A stretch of 63,820 bases of DNA, filler included, from Octopus bimaculoides (taxonomy: Eukaryota): assembly GCF_001194135.2 (NCBI RefSeq). It is 7 parts of 7 records of this genome, joined end to end, with 100 filler letters (N's around TTAATTAATTAA, not from the genome) between each part and the next. Parts side by side here need not be neighbours in the genome. Positions count along the whole stretch, not along the records: positions 1 to 14,361 come from NC_069003.1; 6 more parts are not named here. One strand, 5' to 3'. The notes beneath the pieces are model-generated. The model did no database searches and was not told the DNA's origin. It saw nothing but the letters and a program-made list of their open reading frames with translations. Of this stretch, positions 1 through 12,420 are shown piece by piece (within the stretch, counting starts at the first letter, position 1; each line of letters starts with the position of its first letter). The position numbers and the translations under genes were made by a program.

Positions 1-219
1 TATCGGCGAAGTATTTTCTGCTCTTTTGGCAAGACTACACCCCAGCCAAGAGGGATGTTTCATCTACTAATTGCTTAGATATGCTCAGTTAATTCCGATG
101 TTATCTCAGACTCGATGTATTACACGTCAGACATAGCTGAGTTAAGTATTCTGAACACTTGCGCTGAGGCAGTCTTTCAGCCATATTGTGGTGTCTATGT
201 GTGCATACATACATGCGTG

Positions 220-373
220 GGAATACGTGTGCGCGTATGTGTGTGCGTGTATGTATATATATATATACGTGTGGATAAGTGTGCGCGTATATGTGTGTGT
301 GTATGTGTGTGGATAAGTGTGCGCGTATATATATGTGTGTGGATATGTGTGCGCGTATGTATACGTGTGTCTG

Positions 374-409
<36 letters not shown>

Positions 410-630
410 CACGTGTGGAGATGTGTGTGTGTNNNNNNNNNNNNNNNNNNNNNNNNNNNNNNNNNNNNNNNNNNNNNNNNNNNNNNNNNNNNNNNNNNNN
501 NNNNNNNNACGTGTGGATGTGTGTGTATATATATATATATATATATACATGTATGGATGTGTGCGCGCGTGTGTAAATATATATATGCACGTGGATATGT
601 GTGCGCGTATATATACATACACACACACAC
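220..630. repeat. Compound (GT)/(AT) microsatellite around an N gap
   Basis: Direct: runs of gtgt/atat units. The six-frame [12 protein letters not shown] ORFs here are by-products. Confidence 0.95.
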
Positions 631-1010
631 TCGTGTAGTGTGTTATACTAATGCAGGTGTATATGACAAAGGTATTAATGAGTCTTTGAGCAACAACTAT
701 GTGTAAGGTTGCACGGCCCCTCATACACCCTTGGTCTGTCCCTCTCTTAAACTATCTCCTCCTACCTCTCCCTAGCCCCTCTTAGACTGCGCATGACTCT
801 CTCTATATATAATGTATGTATGTGCGTGCATGTTTACCTAACACCCAAACTACGCGAGGCGTACAAACATCTTTTTTTTTGTTGTTGTTGTTCTTCTTTT
901 AACTTAACTTAAAGTTATACGTTTTCGTTCTTGTCATTGTCATTTGCGATTCTGGTGTCAGTGGGGGAACCATTTTGCTTTTTCTTTAAGTTCTTATATA
1001 CGCATACATA

Positions 1011-1080
1011 ACACACACACACATGCAAACACACACACACATGCAAACACACACACACATGCAAACACACACACACATGC
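1011..1080. repeat. 18-bp tandem minisatellite (acacacacacacatgcaa)n
   Basis: About four copies visible, running into the gap. Confidence 0.9.
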
Positions 1081-1953
1081 NNNNNNNNNNNNNNNNNNNN
1101 NNNNNNNNNNNNNNNNNNNNNNNNNNNNNNNNNNNNNNNNNNNNNNNNNNNNNNNNNNNNNNNNNNNNNNNNNNNNNNNNNNNNNNNNNNNNNNNNNNNN
1201 NNNNNNNNNNNNNNNNNNNNNNNNNNNNNNNNNNNNNNNNNNNNNNNNNNNNNNNNNNNNNNNNNNNNNNNNNNNNNNNNNNNNNNNNNNNNNNNNNNNN
1301 NNNNNNNNNNNNNNNNNNNNNNNNNNNNNNNNNNNNNNNNNNNNNNNNNNNNNNNNNNNNNNNNNNNNNNNNNNNNNNNNNNNNNNNNNNNNNNNNNNNN
1401 NNNNNNNNNNNNNNNNNNNNNNNNNNNNNNNNNNNNNNNNNNNNNNNNNNNNNNNNNNNNNNNNNNNNNNNNNNNNNNNNNNNNNNNNNNNNNNNNNNNN
1501 NNNNNNNNNNNNNNNNNNNNNNNNNNNNNNNNNNNNNNNNNNNNNNNNNNNNNNNNNNNNNNNNNNNNNNNNNNNNNNNNNNNNNNNNNNNNNNNNNNNN
1601 NNNNNNNNNNNNNNNNNNNNNNNNNNNNNNNNNNNNNNNNNNNNNNNNNNNNNNNNNNNNNNNNNNNNNNNNNNNNNNNNNNNNNNNNNNNNNNNNNNNN
1701 NNNNNNNNNNNNNNNNNNNNNNNNNNNNNNNNNNNNNNNNNNNNNNNNNNNNNNNNNNNNNNNNNNNNNNNNNNNNNNNNNNNNNNNNNNNNNNNNNNNN
1801 NNNNNNNNNNNNNNNNNNNNNNNNNNNNNNNNNNNNNNNNNNNNNNNNNNNNNNNNNNNNNNNNNNNNNNNNNNNNNNNNNNNNNNNNNNNNNNNNNNNN
1901 NNNNNNNNNNNGCCAAAATTTGAAACGACTATTATTAGCTGTAGTAGTTGTAA

Positions 1954-2400
1954 GACGGTGAGATGGCAGTCGTTAGCACGCCGGACAAAATGCTTAGCTG
2001 TATTTCGTCCGTCGCTACGTTCCGGGTTCAAATTCCGCCGAGGTCGACTTTGCCTTTCATCCTTTCGGGGTTGATGAATTAAGTACTGGGGTCGATCTAA
2101 TCGAGTCATCTCCACCGCCACCAAGCTGCCCTTGTGGCAAAATTTGAAACCATTATTATTCGTAGCGGTGGTGGTGGTGGTAGTAAAACGTCGATATGGC
2201 AGAATTGTTAGCACGCCGGACAAAATGCTTCGCGAACATTTCGTCCGTCTTTCCGTTCTGAGTTCAAATTCCGCCGACAACGACTTTACATCTCGTCTTT
2301 CGGAATCGATAAAATAGGTACCAACTGAACACTGTGGTTGATGTAATTGATTAACCACGTCCCCTAAAATTTCAAACTTTGTGCCTATAACAGAGAGGAG
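1954..2400 (+). mobile_element. Two tandem copies of tRNA-derived SINE family A, preceded by the tail of a third (1911-1940)
   Basis: A-box-like TGGCAG..CGTTAGC, B-box-like GGGTTCAAATTCC/GAGTTCAAATTCC, core GAGGTCGACTTTGCCTTTCATCCTTTCGGGG, and a tail ending in (TTA)n. The same unit recurs more than 10 times in the window. Confidence 0.85.
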
Positions 2401-3109
2401 TAGCAGTAGTAAGGCAGATTTTAAACACGGCAAGGATTGAAACAAGCATATTTATTATAAAGAAGCTAAAAACATACAAGCTGTCATCGCCAATAAATGC
2501 TAGATGTGGCTATGCACTGTTACAGCGCATGCTCCCATACTACTACTATGTAAATGTATTGATATGTTAGGAGAATGGTGTGGTCTTGGATTCTTGTAAA
2601 ATCAGGAAATCAGAAGTCATNNNNNNNNNNTTTAAACTCCCTAAATTTCACATATAATGCGATAAGGATGGGACTCAACATGTTTGCTAAATGTTGAAGT
2701 AGGCCAAAAATGGGCCCGAATGAGATTTGGTCTGGGTTTTTTTTGTTTTGTTTTTTTCACGGATTTCTTTTCTATTTTTTATGTCCCAAACCCCTCTTTT
2801 GTTTGTTTACTGTCTGTAATGTAAGACTCTGTATGCTTGTATGTGTGTGTTTAGATCTGTGTGTGCATGCCTACACCTCTACTTTCTTTAGACTTTAGGG
2901 GAAAATCCACACCTTAGAAATATTTGGGAGTTGGGGGAGTTAGGTACCTCCCTTTGTCCCTCAAACTACCAAGTCTTTTTCTTTTATTTGTCTTTTTCCT
3001 TTTTCGTCTGTTTCTTCCTTTCCTATCAATTTATCTCACTCCCTCACACGCTTATACAAACCTGTACATCATTGACATATTTCCCCTCTCTCTCTCTCAA
3101 CTACCTTCT

Positions 3110-3281
3110 CTCATACACACACACACACACACACACTTAATCGTGTCACACACACATACAGCTGTCACTTTATCTTCCTGTTTCATTCACTTTGTTCTAA
3201 ACTTCTTTCATTCAACAAACCAACATACACATACAATGCCACTGATGCACGCACGCAAACAAACCCACAAATATGCGCGCG

Positions 3282-3347
<66 letters not shown>

Positions 3348-3700
3348 NNNNNNNNNNNNNNNNNNNNNNNNNNNNNNNNNNNNNNNNNNNNNNNNNNNNN
3401 NNNNNNNNNNNNNNNNNNNNNNNNNNNNNNNNNNNNNNNNNNNNNNNNNNNNNNNNNNNNNNNNNNNNNNNNNNNNNNNNNNNNNNNNNNNNNNNNNNNN
3501 NNNNNNNNNNNNNNNNNNNNNNNNNNNNNNNNNNNNNNNNNNNNNNNNNNNNNNNNNNNNNNNNNNNNNNNNNNNNNNNNNNNNNNNNNNNNNNNNNNNN
3601 NNNNNNNNNNNNNNNNNNNNNNNNNNNNNNNNNNNNNNNNNNNNNNNNNNNNNNNNNNNNNNNNNNNNNNNNNNNNNNNNNNNNNNNNNNNNNNNNNNNN

Positions 3701-3735
<35 letters not shown>
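3110..3735. repeat. (CA)n and (TA)n microsatellites flanking a gap
   Basis: Direct. Confidence 0.95.
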
Positions 3736-3738
<3 letters not shown>

Positions 3739-4261
3739 CACATGTGGAGAAATTCAACTCGTGTCCAAGTATGACCACTTATATAGACAAACACTTCTTA
3801 ACGTGCAGCCTGACTCAGGACATAGCTGTGCAGTGTGTATGGGTGGGGGAGGGTACTGCAACTGCACTCATCTATGCTACACTTTACTCATGAGCAAAGT
3901 AACAACTGTACTACGCTTGTGCACTCACGAACGAGCAAAGTAACAACGGGTTCCCTTACTTGTACTTACGGCAGCATTCACCCTTCTAACTGGTCCACCA
4001 TGACCTTCACGAATGCCGACGACACCCGACGGTCGGCCCTAACGCTCCAGCAGGCAAAGTAAGCTTTTGCCTGCGACCCAAAAATCCAGCTTGCGAATTT
4101 GATAAATCTCCCACTAGGAGAGCAAACGCGTCGGATAGGACGGACGCCGTAGCCATAGTTGTCATTCGTTGGCGAGGTGTAGAGGTCATGTCCGGAGTTT
4201 CAGCGGGGATTCAAATTCACATGTGTCCCGCGGAATTAGTGGTGTTTAATTGTAAGAAAAG

Positions 4262-4488
4262 GCAACATGCTAGCAGAATGGCTAAGTGCATCGAACAAAA
4301 TGCTCAGCGGGATTTCTTCCGGCACTTTACGTTCTGGTTCAAAATCCCGCTACGGCCAATTTCAACTTTCATTCTTTCGTGGGGTTGATATATTAAAGTA
4401 CTACCAGTCAAGTACTAGAAGTGGGGGAGGGTGTCTATGTAATCGAAGTGTCCACTCTCCTAAAAATTCCGGCCTTGAATCCTGAAAC
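4262..4488 (+). mobile_element. Diverged SINE family A copy
   Basis: gcagaatggctaag..aaaatgctcagcgg..ggttcaaaatcccg..ctttcattctttcgtggggttgat..aagtactaccag aligns by eye with other A copies. Confidence 0.75.
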
Positions 4489-4790
4489 GAACCAGAGGAT
4501 TTGCTGTGCTCAGAGGATTTGCTGTGCTCTTGGTCACTTATAGACCAACAAAATAGAATCTGCGGAAGAAACCGTCAATGTCTGAAGGAAAGAAAGGCAG
4601 TTGTTGCACAGTGGAATGCAGAGAGCAAAATGGGACAATATATCTTGGTGATTCCCGGTCGTCTTGACCTGGTCTTGCCACAGGATTGAAGGTAGTCACC
4701 ACGTGTCATTAATCATCCTTAAGGACCACTAGATAGTCCTCGTTTTTCTGACGGACGAACATAATCTTGCTTCTTTATGTATGCCTAGAG

Positions 4791-5068
4791 CAGTGATTCC
4801 CAAAGTGGGCGGTACAGCTTCCCTGGGGATGGTGGAAAGGTCTAAGGGGGCGTTGAAGAAAAGTGGGGCGATAATAGGGTAGCCAAAAGGGGGTGATTGA
4901 TGTAAAAGCAACAAAATAATGGGTGGTTTTATTTGTGAAATGCAATTGCTTTGAATTTGCTTCAGAAAAAGGTCTGTTTGTGGTGGAAAGTTAGTGGGTG
5001 GGGGGAACACTAGGAATGTATCTTGGGTACCAGGAGGGTGGCAGCCTGAAAAATTTTGGGCACCACTG
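4791..5068. mobile_element. Non-autonomous hAT (Charlie-like) MITE, 278 bp
   Basis: TIRs CAGTGATTCCCAAA / TTTGGGCACCACTG. Flanking 8-mers gcctagag and gccgagac (6/8 match) resemble the NTCTAGAN target duplication of Charlie-type hATs. Confidence 0.8.
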
Positions 5069-5176
5069 GCCGAGACCAACATTGTCCATTGCGCTTTTTT
5101 CCTCTGGTAAGAGGTAAAGGTTTAGTTTGAGAGAATCTGGCTATTATTTCTAGCTACCACGTACAGGATTTTTAAA

Positions 5177-5444
5177 GCTGACCAATGCCTTATGAGTGAA
5201 TTTGGTAAACGGAAACTGGGTGGAAGCCCAACACACACTCACACAAAATGTATGTATATGCCTCTCTGTGTTTGTCCCACACCACCACTTGGTTTGTTTA
5301 CGTCTATGTAACCTAGCAGTTCGTCAAAATGAAGCGATAGAATAGGTATCAAATTTTTAAGAGTCCTTTGGGGCAATTTGTTCGACTAAAACCCTTCAAG
5401 GCAGTGCCCCAGCATGGCCGCAGTCCAATGACTAAAACAGGTAA
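5177..5444 (+). mobile_element. SINE family C, 5'-truncated copy
   Basis: gagtgaatttggtaaacggaaactg..internal CA/TG repeat..ttcgactaaaacccttcaaggcagtgccccagcatggccgcagtc matches the other C copies. Confidence 0.8.
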
Positions 5445-6605
5445 CTAACAGCGAAGTATTGTAATGAACTCCGAACTGCTTCATTCAATATGACGTTTTT
5501 TCTGTTTTGTTTTTTTTTAACACTATCTGAGGAAGAATTAATTTGCTATTACTAGCAGGCCGATCGACCACGTAATGGGCCCCCACGTTGCGTTTGATGT
5601 CTTAAAAATTTCATGAGGAATGCTAAACATCATGGGTATTTGGAACTGGAAGCCGGTGACAGGNNNNNNNNNNNNNNNNNNNNNNNNNNNNNNNNNNNNN
5701 NNNNNNNNNNNNNNNNNNNNNNNNNNNNNNNNNNNNNNNNNNNNNNNNNNNNNNNNNNNNNNNNNNNNNNNNNNNNNNNNNNNNNNNNNNNNNNNNNNNN
5801 NNNNNNNNNNNNNNNNNNNNNNNNNNNNNNNNNNNNNNNNNNNNNNNNNNNNNNNNNNNNNNNNNNNNNNNNNNNNNNNNNNNNNNNNNNNNNNNNNNNN
5901 NNNNNNNNNNNNNNNNNNNNNNNNNNNNNNNNNNNNNNNNNNNNNNNNNNNNNNNNNNNNNNNNNNNNNNNNNNNNNNNNNNNNNNNNNNNNNNNNNNNN
6001 NNNNNNNNNNNNNNNNNNNNNNNNNNNNNNNNNNNNNNNNNNNNNNNNNNNNNNNNNNNNNNNNNNNNNNNNNNNNNNNNNNNNNNNNNNNNNNNNNNNN
6101 NNNNNNNNNNNNNNNNNNNNNNNNNNNNNNNNNNNNNNNNNNNNNNNNNNNNNNNNNNNNNNNNNNNNNNNNNNNNNNNNNNNNNNNNNNNNNNNNNNNN
6201 NNNNNNNNNNNNNNNNNNNNNNNNNNNNNNNNNNNNNNNNNNNNNNNNNNNNNNNNNNNNNNNNNNNNNNNNNNNNNNNNNNNNNNNNNNNNNNNNNNNN
6301 NNNNNNNNNNNNNNNNNNNNNNNNNNNNNNNNNNNNNNNNNNNNNNNNNNNNNNNNNNNNNNNNNNNNNNNNNNNNNNNNNNNNNNNNNNNNNNNNNNNN
6401 NNNNNNNNNNNNNNNNNNNNNNNNNNNNNNNNNNNNNNNNNNNNNNNNNNNNNNNNNNNNNNNNNNNNNNNNNNNNNNNNNNNNNNNNNNNNNNNNNNNN
6501 NNNNNNNNNNNNNNNNNNNNNNNNNNNNNNNNNNNNNNNNNNNNNNNNNNNNNNNNNNNNNNNNNNNNNNNNNNNNNNNNNNNNNNNNNNNNNNNNNNNN
6601 NNNNN

Positions 6606-7120
6606 TCCCCTCCTCCAAATTTCAGGCCTTGTGCCTATAGTAGAAAGGATTATTATTATTATTATTAAGGCGGCGAGCTGGCAGAATCGTTAGCGCGCTG
6701 GACGAAATGCTTGGCGGTATTTCGCCCGTCGCTACGTTCTGAGTTCAAATTCCACCGAGGTCGACTTTTCCTTTTATCCTTTCGGGGTCGATAAATTAAG
6801 TATCAATGAAGCAATCGAGTCAATGTGATCGACTAGTCCCCTCCCCACTAATTTCAGGCCTTGTGCTTTAATAAAAAGAATTATTATTATTATTAGTAGT
6901 AGTAGTAGTGAGGTGGTGAGCTGACAGAATCGTTAGCACGCCGGATGAAATACTTAGCGGCATTTTGTCCGTCTTTACGTTCTAAGTTCAGATACCACCA
7001 AGGTGGACTTTTTGCTTTTTATCCTTTCGGTGCTGATAAAATAAAACACTGGGGTCGATGTTACCAACTTACCCGCTCTTTCGAAATTGCTGGTCTTGTG
7101 CCACATTTCGAAACCAATAT
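6606..7120 (+). mobile_element. Head-to-tail array of SINE family A: tail 6606-6665, copies 6669-6895 and 6912-7120
   Basis: Each copy starts GGCGGCGAGCTGGCAGAATCGTTAGC (or a variant) directly after a (TTA)/(GTA)n run. Confidence 0.9.
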
Positions 7121-7419
7121 TTAATCGTAGATAACAATGTCGGGTTTATTAGTTTTATTTGATTAAAAACGTTTGCTCAGTATTTACTTCCTGATATTTA
7201 TTCGGAAGCGGAAGTGGAGATTCTGATGACGTCATGAGTGATGGGTCAGCGGTCGAATTCAGATTGCTGGGATTTCTGGCTTGAGCATACACTGGTAGGA
7301 ACAAACAGGTGGCGAGAAAAACGGACGTCTGACCTAGATATTTGCATTGGAGGAAATTCGACAAAGGGCAGACAAGACCTAACCAGCTCCAAACGGTTAA
7401 ATCCGGTAGCATTCTTCTA

Positions 7420-7747
7420 CGTGTCCCAGTCATTCGACTGCGGCCATGCTGGAGCACCACCTTAAGGGGTTTTAGTCGAACAAATCGACCCCAGGACATA
7501 TTCTTTTGCTGAACAGCTAAATTACGGAGACGTAAACTCCCGGGCATCGGTTGCCAAGCAATGATGGGACACACACACACACACACACACATATGGTGGG
7601 CTTCTTCCAGTTTTCGCCGACCAAATCCACACAGAAGGCTTTGGTCGGCCTGAGGCTATAGTAGAAGACACTTGCCCAAGGTGTCACTCAGTGGAACTGA
7701 ACCAGGAACCATGTGGTTGGGAAGCAAGCGTCTTACCACAGAGCCAC
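7420..7747 (-). mobile_element. SINE family C, near full length
   Basis: Reverse strand reads GTGGCTCTGTGGTAAGACGCTTGCTTCCCAACCACATGGTTCCTGGTTCAGTTCCACTGAGTGACACCTTGGGCAAGTGTCTTCTACTATAGCC, then an internal microsatellite and the tail GGTGCTCCAGCATGGCCGCAGTC. Confidence 0.9.
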
Positions 7748-7773
7748 TTCTTTAGAGCATTGTATGTGTACGT

Positions 7774-8115
7774 AAGGGTAAAGACCCCCTTCGGTCATGA
7801 CTGGCCATGGGATTGCATCTAGAAAGTTCCCCTCCGAGGCACAAGTCCAAACAAGATTGTTTATGGAAGACCAGCAGTTGCCCATGCCTACCACCCTCCC
7901 CTCTCCACCCCACTGTTGTTTAAGGGAAAGGCAAAGTGGCCGATGCAGCTTGGCACCAGTGACGTCGCAACTCATTTCTACAGCTGAGTGAACTGGAGCA
8001 ACGTGAAATAAAGTGTCTTGCTCAAGAACACAACGCGCAGCCCGGTCCTGGAATCGAACTGACAATCTCACGACTGTAAGTCCGGCGCTCTAACCACTGA
8101 GCCATGCGCCTTCAC
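7774..8115 (-). mobile_element. SINE family B, full length
   Basis: tRNA-like head GGCTCAGTGGTTAGAGCG..GTTCGATTCC, core TTGTGTTCTTGAGCAAGACACTTTATTTCACGTTGCTCCAGTTCACTCAGCTG, tail ..ATGACCGAAGGGGGTCTTTACCCTT. A second copy is at 57702-58116. Confidence 0.9.
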
Positions 8116-9159
8116 GCCATGTGTACGTAGATAGTTTTGTAAGAACTTCCGCTCCTTTAATCCAGTTTTGAAAAATTGGGATAGTGAACATATTGAATAT
8201 AAGGGTTGATTAAACGTAATTTATTTAATGGCCACGAGTTCAAACCCTAGATCAGTCAATGTATTATAATCCGAATCAGGTGATATCACATGTAGGAGAC
8301 ACTTGTACGTTTAGAGAGCAGATTAAGAGCAATCCACCACCATAGATTAGTAAAGGATTACGTTCGATATACTGGGAATATTACCGAATGCGACAGGTAC
8401 CCCCAAAAAGACTGACAACAGGTCTACTAATAGGAAACAGGTTTTTCTGTTTTTAAAATTTTTTTATTGGAATTTACACAATAAAACAATTCAATAGAAT
8501 CACATGTTGCACTGTTAGATGTCTGGCACAATTTTACTGTTCCACTATGTATGCATGACTCCGCACGCGTGTGTGTGTGTGATTTCTTTTGTTTATGTAA
8601 ATGTTTTGTTTTTATAATTGTCTTAAATTCTCCAATAAAGAATGGGTCGATCTCTCACCATAAACAAGGTCTATTCACCGTGAATTCGACAATACCCATA
8701 ACAGAGTAATCACATGCTAGATTTTCAGAAGACTTTAGTTTTACTCTTCCACTAACACACACACACGTATTATAAACAAATTAACTTCTATATAATGGGA
8801 CGTCCAGCGGGTGATAAAATATTTGTCCTCAGGTCCGCCTCTGCTCTTCATTGTTCTAACAAATATTTGTGTGTATATGTATATATACATAAACGTAAAT
8901 ATTTGATGAGTACATAAATGTATGTATGCGTTTTGTTTTCTATTTTATTTGTTTTAGAGGGAGAGAGAGTATTACAGTTTAGGATTATATTATCCTAAAC
9001 TGTAATACTCTCTCTCCCAATCTACGAAACATTCTGCAGCGTTAGCTGCATGAAATATTTGTAAAATTTACACTAGGAATAGCTCAATCGGGCCCAGACA
9101 CTACTGATATAAGTCAGAGAGTATTCTGCTATCCATGTACTAAAAATCTCGATACATAC

Positions 9160-9451
9160 GTCATGGTTGGCACTCCGTCGGTTGCGACGACGAGGGTTCC
9201 AGTTGATCTGATCAACGGAACAGCCTGCTCGTGAAATTAACGTGCAAGTGGCTGAGCACTCCGTAGACACGTGTACCCTTAACGTAGTTCTCAAGGAGAT
9301 TCAGCGTGACACAGAGCGTGACAAGGTTGGCCCTTTGAAATACAGGTACAACAGAAACAGGAAGAAAGAGCGAGAGAAAGTTGTGGTGAAAGAGTACAGC
9401 AGGGTTCGCCACCATCTCCTGCTGGAGCCATGTGGAACTTTAGGTGTTTTC
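9160..9451 (-). mobile_element. SINE family D variant; head lost in the gap
   Basis: The 3' ~200 bp is the reverse complement of 49630-49813. Confidence 0.8.
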
Positions 9452-10692
9452 NNNNNNNNNNNNNNNNNNNNNNNNNNNNNNNNNNNNNNNNNNNNNNNNN
9501 NNNNNNNNNNNNNNNNNNNNNNNNNNNNNNNNNNNNNNNNNNNNNNNNNNNNNNNNNNNNNNNNNNNNNNNNNNNNNNNNNNNNNNNNNNNNNNNNNNNN
9601 NNNNNNNNNNNNNNNNNNNNNNNNNNNNNNNNNNNNNNNNNNNNNNNNNNNNNNNNNNNNNNNNNNNNNNNNNNNNNNNNNNNNNNNNNNNNNNNNNNNN
9701 NNNNNNNNNNNNNNNNNNNNNNNNNNNNNNNNNNNNNNNNNNNNNNNNNNNNNNNNNNNNNNNNNNNNNNNNNNNNNNNNNNNNNNNNNNNNNNNNNNNN
9801 NNNNNNNNNNNNNNNNNNNNNNNNNNNNNNNNNNNNNNNNNNNNNNNNNNNNNNNNNNNNNNNNNNNNNNNNNNNNNNNNNNNNNNNNNNNNNNNNNNNN
9901 NNNNNNNNNNNNNNNNNNNNNNNNNNNNNNNNNNNNNNNNNNNNNNNNNNNNNNNNNNNNNNNNNNNNNNNNNNNNNNNNNNNNNNNNNNNNNNNNNNNN
10001 NNNNNNNNNNNNNNNNNNNNNNNNNNNNNNNNNNNNNNNNNNNNNNNNNNNNNNNNNNNNNNNNNNNNNNNNNNNNNNNNNNNNNNNNNNNNNNNNNNNN
10101 NNNNNNNNNNNNNNNNNNNNNNNNNNNNNNNNNNNNNNNNNNNNNNNNNNNNNNNNNNNNNNNNNNNNNNNNNNNNNNNNNAAACACCAACCAAAATCTT
10201 AGATGTTCAGCGGTTTCTCAACGACCCAAATAAAGTTCGTGAGTAGAGTGGTGTGGGATGAGAGGCAGCCTGGCTACCGATTCAACCCTTAGGGCGCTTG
10301 TGTCTGTGTCGATGACACGTGATGCTTGAAACTTTAAAATGGAAGTTTCACAACTATAACAACTCTACCTCGTACGTTAGTTTCACTCTCTCTCTTTCTC
10401 CATCACCTTATCTTCCTCTCTTTTACCCTTTCAGCCTCTCTGTTTTATCCTTTCATTATATCTCTCTTCCTCTTTTTCTCTCTCTCTCTCTTATCCTCTC
10501 ATCATCTCTCCCTCTTATCCTCTCATATTTCTCATTCTCTCATCCTCTCGTCACTTCTCTCTCTCTCTCTCGTCACTTTTCTCTCTCCTATCCTTTATCT
10601 TTCTCTCTCCTAAATATTCTCTTTTAGTCTGTCTTCTTCCTTCTCTCCCTCTCTAGTTCACCCTCTGAGTTCTATTCTGTTTTCCTCTCACC

Positions 10693-10740
<48 letters not shown>

Positions 10741-10995
10741 CTCTCTCTCCTAATTCTCTCCTTGTTTGTTTTAGTCTGTCTATTTCCTTCTCTCTCTCTC
10801 CCTTTGAGTTCCAATCTGTCTTTCTCCTACCCAATCTCTCTCTCTCTCACTAAACAGATTTACTAAATTAACTTGCCAATACATTCGGTTCCCTGTTCTG
10901 ACATTTCAAGCCTCGCGGCCATCTTACTGTTGCTCGCACTTCAGCACTCCAGCTTCACCAGCAACAAACATCGTCGTCGCAACATCATCCTACTT

Positions 10996-11026
<31 letters not shown>

Positions 11027-11104
11027 GCTGCGGGATACATAAATTTGTATAATTTGAATTGTTTGCTTAGTAGGGGAAAACTTCCAGGTATTAGCAGCTC
11101 AAGG

Positions 11105-11121
11105 ACGTGTGTGTGTGTGTA

Positions 11122-11164
<43 letters not shown>

Positions 11165-11228
11165 ATATATAAACTGTATGTATAGATATACTTATGTAAT
11201 TACTATACGCGCACACACGCACATTGCA

Positions 11229-11267
<39 letters not shown>

Positions 11268-11366
11268 CGTATTTATATACATGTGTATGTATGCGTGTAT
11301 GTATACATGTGTATGCGTATGTGCATATATACGTATGTACATACGTGTGTGTGTGTATGTATGTAT

Positions 11367-11416
<50 letters not shown>

Positions 11417-12420
11417 NNNNNNNNNNNNNNNNNNNNNNNNNNNNNNNNNNNNNNNNNNNNNNNNNNNNNNNNNNNNNNNNNNNNNNNNNNNNNNNNNNNN
11501 NNNNNNNNNNNNNNNNNNNNNNNNNNNNNNNNNNNNNNNNNNNNNNNNNNNNNNNNNNNNNNNNNNNNNNNNNNNNNNNNNNNNNNNNNNNNNNNNNNNN
11601 NNNNNNNNNNNNNNNNNNNNNNNNNNNNNNNNNNNNNNNNNNNNNNNNNNNNNNNNNNNNNNNNNNNNNNNNNNNNNNNNNNNNNNNNNNNNNNNNNNNN
11701 NNNNNNNNNNNNNNNNNNNNNNNNNNNNNNNNNNNNNNNNNNNNNNNNNNNNNNNNNNNNNNNNNNNNNNNNNNNNNNNNNNNNNNNNNNNNNNNNNNNN
11801 NNNNNNNNNNNNNNNNNNNNNNNNNNNNNNNNNNNNNNNNNNNNNNNNNNNNNNNNNNNNNNNNNNNNNNNNNNNNNNNNNNNNNNNNNNNNNNNNNNNN
11901 NNNNNNNNNNNNNNNNNNNNNNNNNNNNNNNNNNNNNNNNNNNNNNNNNNNNNNNNNNNNNNNNNNNNNNNNNNNNNNNNNNNNNNNNNNNNNNNNNNNN
12001 NNNNNNNNNNNNNNNNNNNNNNNNNNNNNNNNNNNNNNNNNNNNNNNNNNNNNNNNNNNNNNNNNNNNNNNNNNNNNNNNNNNNNNNNNNNNNNNNNNNN
12101 NNNNNNNNNNNNNNNNNNNNTCTATATATATTGCTCTCTATTGCACACTCTCTCTCTATATATATATTGCTCTATTACACACTCTCTCTCCATTGCACTC
12201 TCTCTCTCTCCATTGCACTCTCTCTCTCTCCGTTGCACTCTCTCCCTCTCTTGCACTCTCTCTCTCCCTATTGCTCTCTCTCTCTCCCTATTGCTCTCTC
12301 TCTCTCTCCCTATTGCTCTCTCTCTCTCTCTTTATTGCTCTCTCCCTATTGCTCTCTCTCTCTCTCTCTCTCTCTATTGGTCTATCTCTCGCTACCTCTT
12401 TCACACACACACACACACCC
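11105..12420. repeat. (GT)/(AT) microsatellite, gap, then (ctattgctctctctc)-type CT-rich minisatellite
   Basis: Direct. Confidence 0.9.

Noticed and set aside
4494-4529. Short tandem duplications (18 bp here; 27 bp near 43947)
   Set aside because: Ordinary slippage duplications with no spacer structure.
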